From the IMG/VR virus record IMGVR_UViG_3300012167_000014, positions 1-50,201 of that record: DNA of 50,201 nt. The stretch is one strand, 5' to 3'. The DNA comes from a virus. Taxonomy: Duplodnaviria > Caudoviricetes. Under the pieces are notes generated by a model. The model did not search any database. It was not told the origin of the DNA and saw only the letters and a program-made list of their open reading frames with translations. The position numbers and the translations under genes are program-made. Positions 44,835 to 50,201 of the stretch are shown piece after piece (the stretch's first letter is position 1; each line of letters opens with the position of its first letter).

Positions 44835-45173
44835 ATGCCTACTCAATTGCTGCAGCCGGGTGAGATCACGAAGTTGTTCGATGCGAATCCTTTGGGTTCG
44901 CCTCCGGTCAACTCAGCCGTCTTTGCTCTTCCTACCACGCTGGCCAAGGTGATCACGTGGACCTATTGGTTCAGTGCCGCCCCCTCAGCTGCGAGCATCA
45001 AGCTCCAGGTTTCCAACAACGTGAACGGTCCTTGGACTGATCTCGATCCTGGAATCCTGACAACGGGTGAGACACGTACATCTCCCGTAACGGATGCGGC
45101 TTTCCTTCGTGCTCAGAAAACGTCTCAGACAGGTGCTGGTGATCTTACCGTCGAGGTCACGTTTGGTTACTAA
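44835..45173 (+). CDS. Small virion structural protein
   Basis: AAGGA SD, ATG 44835; beta-sandwich pattern (IKLQVSN..WTDL..FLRA). Confidence 0.6.
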   Translation: MPTQLLQPGEITKLFDANPLGSPPVNSAVFALPTTLAKVITWTYWFSAAPSAASIKLQVSNNVNGPWTDLDPGILTTGETRTSPVTDAAFLRAQKTSQTGAGDLTVEVTFGY

Positions 45174-45323
45174 GTTCAAAACTTGGTGGAAATCCAAGAT
45201 TCGTATCATTGGGAGGGAGAACTACATTCGTCTCTTTCCCAACCCCGGAATTCGTATGGTCTTCCGAGGCAAGGAACTCAAATGGACTCAGCGAGACGGT
45301 CGGAGATACGGTAGGGTAAGATA

Positions 45324-45767
45324 ATGCCACAGTTTGGAAGACCATCAACTGACACGACGAGAGATAACTGGGAGGAAGATGATGGGACGACGACAGCCAT
45401 CTTCGACCAGATTGATGAAGTCGCTGCGGATGATGGTGACTATATCCGAACTGGCCTTACTCCTACGAGTGATGTCTATGTCACTAAGCTCACGACGCTC
45501 GAAGATCCGGTTTCCTCTGCTAACCATATTGTGCGCTTTCGATATGGAAAAGATGCTGCAGGTGGAGATCCCATTGATCTTACTGTCCAACTTCGACAGG
45601 GATATGTTAGTGAGGGAACTCCAGGAACACTCATCGCAACGGTTGCCACGCTTACAGATATTCCCTCGGGCTGGACGGCGGGGTCCTATACACTCTCGGC
45701 AGGGGAAGCAGACGCCATCACGGATTATACTAACCTGTATCTGAGGTTCATAGCGAACAAACCCTAA
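45324..45767 (+). CDS. Jelly-roll-like virion accessory protein
   Basis: 147 aa, beta-rich (IDE..DDGDYI..HIVRFRY..LRQG..EADAITDYTNLYLRF). Confidence 0.65.
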   Translation: MPQFGRPSTDTTRDNWEEDDGTTTAIFDQIDEVAADDGDYIRTGLTPTSDVYVTKLTTLEDPVSSANHIVRFRYGKDAAGGDPIDLTVQLRQGYVSEGTPGTLIATVATLTDIPSGWTAGSYTLSAGEADAITDYTNLYLRFIANKP

Positions 45768-46906
45768 TGGCACACATTTGGGCGGACCGCATCTTCGAAA
45801 CGTCGACGACAACGGGGACGGGTGCGCTCACTTTAGGTGGAGCCGTGGTTGGGCATCGTACATTTGCAGCCGTTTGTACGAGTCCTTCGGATACTGTCTG
45901 CTACGTAATCTGGAATCGTTCTGTACCCTCCGAGTGGGAAGTTGGCATTGGGACTTACTCCGCTGCTAACACGCTTACTAGGACAACGGTTCTCGCTTCC
46001 TCCACAGGTTCAGCTGTTTCCTTCTCTGCTGGAACCAAGGATGTCTTTCTTGACGTCATCTCTAAGCTCGTCATGCTCCCGCAAGTCGACATCTTCCTTG
46101 CGAATGGAACATGGACAAAGAATCCACTCGCTCGGTGGGTCTCGGCAGCAGGAGTTGGACAGGGCGGTGGTGCAGGTGCAGGTAGGAAGGGAGCTGCTTC
46201 CTCTATCTGTTGTGGTGGAGGTGGTGGAGCAGGTGGGGTGTGGAACATCATGCCTCCCACATCTATTGCATTACTTGGAGCGACAGAGGCTGTCGTAGTT
46301 GGAACGGCGGCTAACGGTGCTGCTGGACAAGCGACGAACTCTACGAATGGGGCCAGTGGAACAGCAGGAATCAACACTACCTTTGGTGGTTGGTTATTCT
46401 GTGCTGGTGGATCACTCGGTGCTGGTGGTACTGCTACATCAGGTGTTGGCGGAGCGGTTGGTACACGTCCACTTGAGGGTGGCTCGGCTGGTGGTACTGC
46501 AAGCACAACAGGGCTCGTAGGAGTTGCTGGTAGTGCGGCTAACGAGGCTTCTGGTGGTGGGTCTGGTGGTGGCGTAACTACAGGTAACGCCGTTTCTGCT
46601 GGTGGGGCCGGTGGTATGGCTTCTTTTAGTAGGAATCTTGCTGGTCTTACTGGAGGAACAGCTGGACCTTCTGGAGGTGCTTCTCCTGGAGGAGCAGGTA
46701 ACTCAGTAACTGCCAATGAGGTACATGGTGGTTCTGGTGGAGGAGGTGGGGGTTCACGTATCTCTGGGGGTCCTGGTGCTGCTGGAGGTAACGGAGGAAA
46801 CTACGGCGGTGGAGGAGGAGGCGGAGGAGCAGGACGAGACTCGGTAGGTAACTCCGGTGCTGGTGGGAACGGTGGACCAGGAATCTTAATAGTGGTGCAA
46901 AGCTAA
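45767..46906 (+). CDS. Glycine-rich fibre protein
   Basis: ADRIFETSTTTGTGALTL..WEVGIGTY..LTRTTVLASS..FSAGTKDVF N-terminal module followed by a long GGGGG/GGAG-rich domain. Confidence 0.75.
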   Translation: MAHIWADRIFETSTTTGTGALTLGGAVVGHRTFAAVCTSPSDTVCYVIWNRSVPSEWEVGIGTYSAANTLTRTTVLASSTGSAVSFSAGTKDVFLDVISKLVMLPQVDIFLANGTWTKNPLARWVSAAGVGQGGGAGAGRKGAASSICCGGGGGAGGVWNIMPPTSIALLGATEAVVVGTAANGAAGQATNSTNGASGTAGINTTFGGWLFCAGGSLGAGGTATSGVGGAVGTRPLEGGSAGGTASTTGLVGVAGSAANEASGGGSGGGVTTGNAVSAGGAGGMASFSRNLAGLTGGTAGPSGGASPGGAGNSVTANEVHGGSGGGGGGSRISGGPGAAGGNGGNYGGGGGGGGAGRDSVGNSGAGGNGGPGILIVVQS

Positions 46907-47226
46907 TGGCGAACTACTGGTGTTATCAATTCGCAACGGGACGAGAAGCCTTTGGAGTCTCGGCTGAGCCCAACCCAGTGATGTTTACAGCCCACTTCAA
47001 AGTGGCTTATGTTGGATCGGATGTTCCACAGATTGGGGAGGGTCCAGATAGACAGGGACCCTTCCTCATTCAAGATCGCATGATAAACGTGGAAATCCTT
47101 CTTGCTGACACTCCCGCTCAGATGCTCACCAAGGTGACCTCTGCGATCGTTGCAGATGCACTTAGTTTGGGCATCACGGTGGGACGTACAGCGGGGCTCG
47201 TTTGCTCCTTTGCTCGTGGAACATAA
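46906..47226 (+). CDS. Hypothetical protein
   Basis: 106 aa, TAATG coupling. Confidence 0.6.
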   Translation: MANYWCYQFATGREAFGVSAEPNPVMFTAHFKVAYVGSDVPQIGEGPDRQGPFLIQDRMINVEILLADTPAQMLTKVTSAIVADALSLGITVGRTAGLVCSFARGT

Positions 47227-47229
47227 AGT

Positions 47230-47697
47230 GTGCTTGGCCTCCGTGGAATCGGTGACAACCCGATTGCGTCTATTGGAACTCCAAGAACTGCTCAAGTCTC
47301 TTGGGCAGAACTCGAAGTTCCTACTGCGCCAGCACCACGAAGGTCTCAAGTTTCCTGGGCAGAGTTTGAGATACCGCTCGTTCCCCATCGAGCACAAGTT
47401 TCTTGGGCCGAGTTGGAAGTACCCTTCGCACCTCGTCGAGGACAAGTTGCTTGGGCTGAGTTTCAGGTACCGTTCGCTCCACGTCGAGCTTATGTCTCCT
47501 GGGCGGAGTTGGAAGTACCAGCTGCACCAGCACCGAGAAGGTCACAGGTCTCATGGGCGGAATTCGAAGTCCCATTCGCTCCAAGACGTGCACAAATCTC
47601 GTGGGCAGAGCTTCAAATCCCCACACTTGGGGAAGGAACGCTTGGACCCTCAAACACAGACGTTTGGTTTCGTGTTAGAGTAAGAGGTGTAGCGTGA
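47230..47697 (+). CDS. Tandem-repeat protein, 7 x RxxQVSWAE(L/F)(E/Q)(V/I)P
   Basis: Seven 16-18 aa units (48/54-nt period) with mostly synonymous DNA divergence. Confidence 0.75.
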   Translation: MLGLRGIGDNPIASIGTPRTAQVSWAELEVPTAPAPRRSQVSWAEFEIPLVPHRAQVSWAELEVPFAPRRGQVAWAEFQVPFAPRRAYVSWAELEVPAAPAPRRSQVSWAEFEVPFAPRRAQISWAELQIPTLGEGTLGPSNTDVWFRVRVRGVA

Positions 47698-47918
47698 GAG
47701 TTCCTTGCAAGAAGTGTGGACAGCAGCTGGATATCAAGCCCTATGGAGAAGCAACCGAGGATTCCGTCCGTAGGCTGGCGTCTGATCATGCGTCCAAGGA
47801 AGGTTGCGACTGGCCTGCGAACAACATCACGAGCTTGACCGTGAAGTTCCGTAAGCCTGAGCCTCCTGTTGGAGCCGTTCTCACCAAGCCTGGGGTTGAG
47901 CTTAAGCCCATCAAGTAA
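47694..47918 (+). CDS. Small zinc-binding hypothetical protein
   Basis: CKKC..H....C; GTGA overlap. Confidence 0.5.
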   Translation: MRVPCKKCGQQLDIKPYGEATEDSVRRLASDHASKEGCDWPANNITSLTVKFRKPEPPVGAVLTKPGVELKPIK

Positions 47919-47945
47919 ACGTAGCACCCATTAAGGGAGAAAGTC

Positions 47946-49250
47946 ATGCCTGAGGGAGCCGGAGAGTCGCAGGAGCTTCAAATCGAAGCTGAGAGTAACC
48001 TTACGGAGATGAATCGTCTTCTCGACAAGGACGACGCCGATCATCCTGAGCCTGCACCTAAGGAGAGAGAAACACCTGCTCCTGAAGGTCGTAAGGTTCG
48101 AGGTGAGGAGTCTGTCGATGATCTCGAGCTTCCTCTTGACGATGAAGAGGAACCTGAGCCCAGACTTGTCGATGAAGATGAGGATGAGGATCAGCTTGAG
48201 CAGGAAGAGGAACCCGAGGAAGAGCAAGAACTCAGGGACTCCCTCAAACCTCAATTGCTCAAGGATCTCGAGAAGGAATACCCCGATATTCTGAAGAAGC
48301 ACAAGCCCCTTCGGAATGCCATCATTCGTCATGAACAGTTCTCTCAGCTCTTCGTCGATCCGAAGCAGGCTCAGGAAGCGGTTCAGCTCAACGAGGATTA
48401 TCGGGGTTTCGAGAATGAGATTCTCAATGGTGATCCCGCTAAGGTCATCAGGTCTATTCAGCAGACCTCTGAAAAGGGTTACAAGCGTTTCATCTCGGGT
48501 GTTCTACCAGCTCTTTACGATCTAGATAGGGCAACCTACTCTGAGGTTGTCTTCCCAGTCTTTGCCAACCTTCTTCGTAAAGCAAGGGTTAACGGGGAAG
48601 CGTCTGGGAACGAGAACTTGGTTAGGTCAACCAAGCATATCTGCAGTCTCATCTGGCCAGAGTTGAAGGGTGGAATTCCTAACTTTGACTCGAAGCGAGT
48701 GGAGGCTGATCCTGAGATTGATTCTCGGGCCAAAGAGGTTGAGGAACGCGAACGTCGTTATGAGATGAGGGTTAGAACTGACTTCATCGGCGGAATCAAA
48801 GGCAATGGTGAAAAGCTCCTGAAGAAGCGTATCGAAAAGGGGCTCGATCCTGACAACACGTTGAACTCGTTCCTGAAGGCGTCGATCATCGACAAAACGA
48901 TGAAGGATGTCCAAGAGCTCATGGACGAAGATGTCCACTTCAACAGAACGATGGATCATCTGTTGGAGAGAGGTCGCAGATCAGGATACTCCAATGAGTA
49001 CAAGACTCGTATGATCGGTACGTTTATCGGTCGTGCGACTCAGCTCATTGGACCCATTCGGCGTCGGTACTTCAATCAGGCCTTGGGACGTGTTGAGAAA
49101 ACCAAGGAGGGCAAGGCTCCCCCGATGAGGCGCCCTGTTGGTGAAGCACCATCTGGAGGAGGGAAGAAGATTCGGTCGAGTGAGATCGACTGGGCCTCTA
49201 CCTCCGATCTGGATATCATGAATAGGACGCCTAAACTCAAGAGGAAGTAA
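47946..49250 (+). CDS. Capsid scaffolding protein
   Basis: Acidic disordered N-terminus, helical core, directly upstream of the capsid gene. Confidence 0.65.
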   Translation: MPEGAGESQELQIEAESNLTEMNRLLDKDDADHPEPAPKERETPAPEGRKVRGEESVDDLELPLDDEEEPEPRLVDEDEDEDQLEQEEEPEEEQELRDSLKPQLLKDLEKEYPDILKKHKPLRNAIIRHEQFSQLFVDPKQAQEAVQLNEDYRGFENEILNGDPAKVIRSIQQTSEKGYKRFISGVLPALYDLDRATYSEVVFPVFANLLRKARVNGEASGNENLVRSTKHICSLIWPELKGGIPNFDSKRVEADPEIDSRAKEVEERERRYEMRVRTDFIGGIKGNGEKLLKKRIEKGLDPDNTLNSFLKASIIDKTMKDVQELMDEDVHFNRTMDHLLERGRRSGYSNEYKTRMIGTFIGRATQLIGPIRRRYFNQALGRVEKTKEGKAPPMRRPVGEAPSGGGKKIRSSEIDWASTSDLDIMNRTPKLKRK

Positions 49251-49253
49251 CCT

Positions 49254-50201
49254 ATGCCGGCTCAGGACGAAGCGGCTGTTGCCGCAACAGAACTGGAGCA
49301 CGTCGACAGGATCGTCCCAGTTCTGTTTGATCGAGAAGGACCGTTTCTGAAGTTCTGCGAAACGGCTGATGACGCGGAAGTTTCCAACAGGGATGCTCGA
49401 GTTCCTCTCGAGATCCGGCCTGGTGGGAACTTCGGTCACTACAACCCGGATGGTGGCGCCCTCGGATTGGGCTATGCACCCGTGTACGACAAGGGTGTGA
49501 TCAACAGCCAGCATTTCAGGTTGGGTTCTCAGTACACGCGCAAGGCCGAGTGGGCCACGGAGAGTGGACGAAAGGCCGTGGTCAACACGGTTCGACGTCT
49601 CTCTGCGAGCGCGATCGCTGAGTTCCGACGTCACCTCGATTCCTTGCTCATGACAGATGGGCGTGGTATTCTCGGAACGGTGACCACGGCGGACGGTGGC
49701 ACACCTGAGACGATCACGCTCACCACAGACGGTTATGGTTCCCGTCTGATGCGCTACAGCCAGGAAGTAGCCATCATGAGTTCCACACTGGCGGCGAATC
49801 GCACAGCTGGAATTGATAAGCTCATTACGTTCCATGATCTTGTCGGCAAGACGATCAAAATCGCAACAGCTACGGCTGGTACAGTGGCTGGTGACAAGAT
49901 CGTCGTTGGCGGTCTTGGCAACGTGACGGGTGCAGGTGTCGTCTCCTTGCTTGGAGTGCCGTATCATCACTCCAACGCATCTTCCGGAACGTGGCTCGGG
50001 ATGGATCGTGCGCTCTTCCCCGAGATCCGTGCCAACCGTATCAACGCGAACAGTGGCAGCATCGCGCTCTCGTACATCCGTCGCGCGGTGAACGTTATCG
50101 GGGATCGCGTGGGTACGGACAACATGGAGAAGTCGGTCGCCTGGATGCATCCTTGTCAGGTTCAGGCAATCGAAAGCCTGGGTTGGGGGTTGACGACGAT
50201 C
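49254..50201 (+). CDS. Major capsid protein, N-terminal part (runs off window end, continues at window start)
   Basis: Not in the ORF track because it has no stop. ATG at 49254, 3 nt after the scaffold stop; open for 316 codons (MPAQDEAAVAATELEHVDRIVPVLFDREG...RVPLEIRPGGNFGHYNPDGGALG...). Position after scaffold and biased codon usage fit a capsid gene. Confidence 0.85.
   Translation, partial: MPAQDEAAVAATELEHVDRIVPVLFDREGPFLKFCETADDAEVSNRDARVPLEIRPGGNFGHYNPDGGALGLGYAPVYDKGVINSQHFRLGSQYTRKAEWATESGRKAVVNTVRRLSASAIAEFRRHLDSLLMTDGRGILGTVTTADGGTPETITLTTDGYGSRLMRYSQEVAIMSSTLAANRTAGIDKLITFHDLVGKTIKIATATAGTVAGDKIVVGGLGNVTGAGVVSLLGVPYHHSNASSGTWLGMDRALFPEIRANRINANSGSIALSYIRRAVNVIGDRVGTDNMEKSVAWMHPCQVQAIESLGWGLTTI

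Noticed and set aside
47281-47622. 48/54-nt periodic DNA repeats resembling a CRISPR array or DGR template/variable repeats
   Set aside because: The period is a multiple of 3, variation is mostly synonymous and not adenine-specific, there are no unique spacers, and no cas or RT gene is present. It is a protein repeat.
48981-50150. 389-aa minus-strand ORF, and other long antisense ORFs such as 26761..27675, 32956..33948 and 45955..46716
   Set aside because: These are shadows of well-supported opposite-strand genes with biased codon usage, and carry no recognisable motifs.
1-50201. Alternative genetic code, tRNA genes, integrase/att site
   Set aside because: Genes are intact and tightly coupled under the standard code; no cloverleaf with a T-loop and no recombinase motifs were recognised by eye. 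tRNAscan-SE, ARAGORN and HMM searches would be needed to exclude them formally.

Overview
The window is an essentially complete, circularly permuted ~50.2 kb tailed dsDNA phage genome. It looks podovirus-like: no tape measure, tube or sheath gene, but adaptor, nozzle and large ejection-protein candidates. The window is cut inside the major capsid gene (49254..50201 continuing into 1..316). The + strand carries the late operon: terS, terL, a Cys-rich exported protein, portal, fibre/decoration genes, scaffold, capsid, tail, lysozyme and ejection proteins, including a 1777-aa polyvalent protein. The - strand (about 18200..37400) carries early and replication genes: GNAT, SNF2 helicase, PD-(D/E)XK nuclease, AAA ATPase, SSB-like protein, DHH phosphoesterase, a ParB-methyltransferase fusion, a UDG-PolA fusion split by an HNH gene, and a DUF3987-like helicase. 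No integrase, primase, tRNA, reverse transcriptase or CRISPR array was recognised. Four observations stand out. (1) A 17-bp palindrome, (T/C)GTTCA-N5-TGAAC(A/G), recurs about every 7-9 kb around the genome and clusters in the control region; one copy is inside the ParB-HTH-MTase gene, suggesting a parS-like loading system for a sliding methyltransferase. (2) An unannotated ~260-nt multi-domain structured RNA lies at 25727..25985. (3) PolA is fractured by an intron-less, degenerate HNH gene with an AT-rich co-conversion tract. (4) A protein with 7 tandem beta-strand repeats may complement a separately encoded strand-deficient domain. All protein family calls come from motif recognition by eye; no database searches were run.
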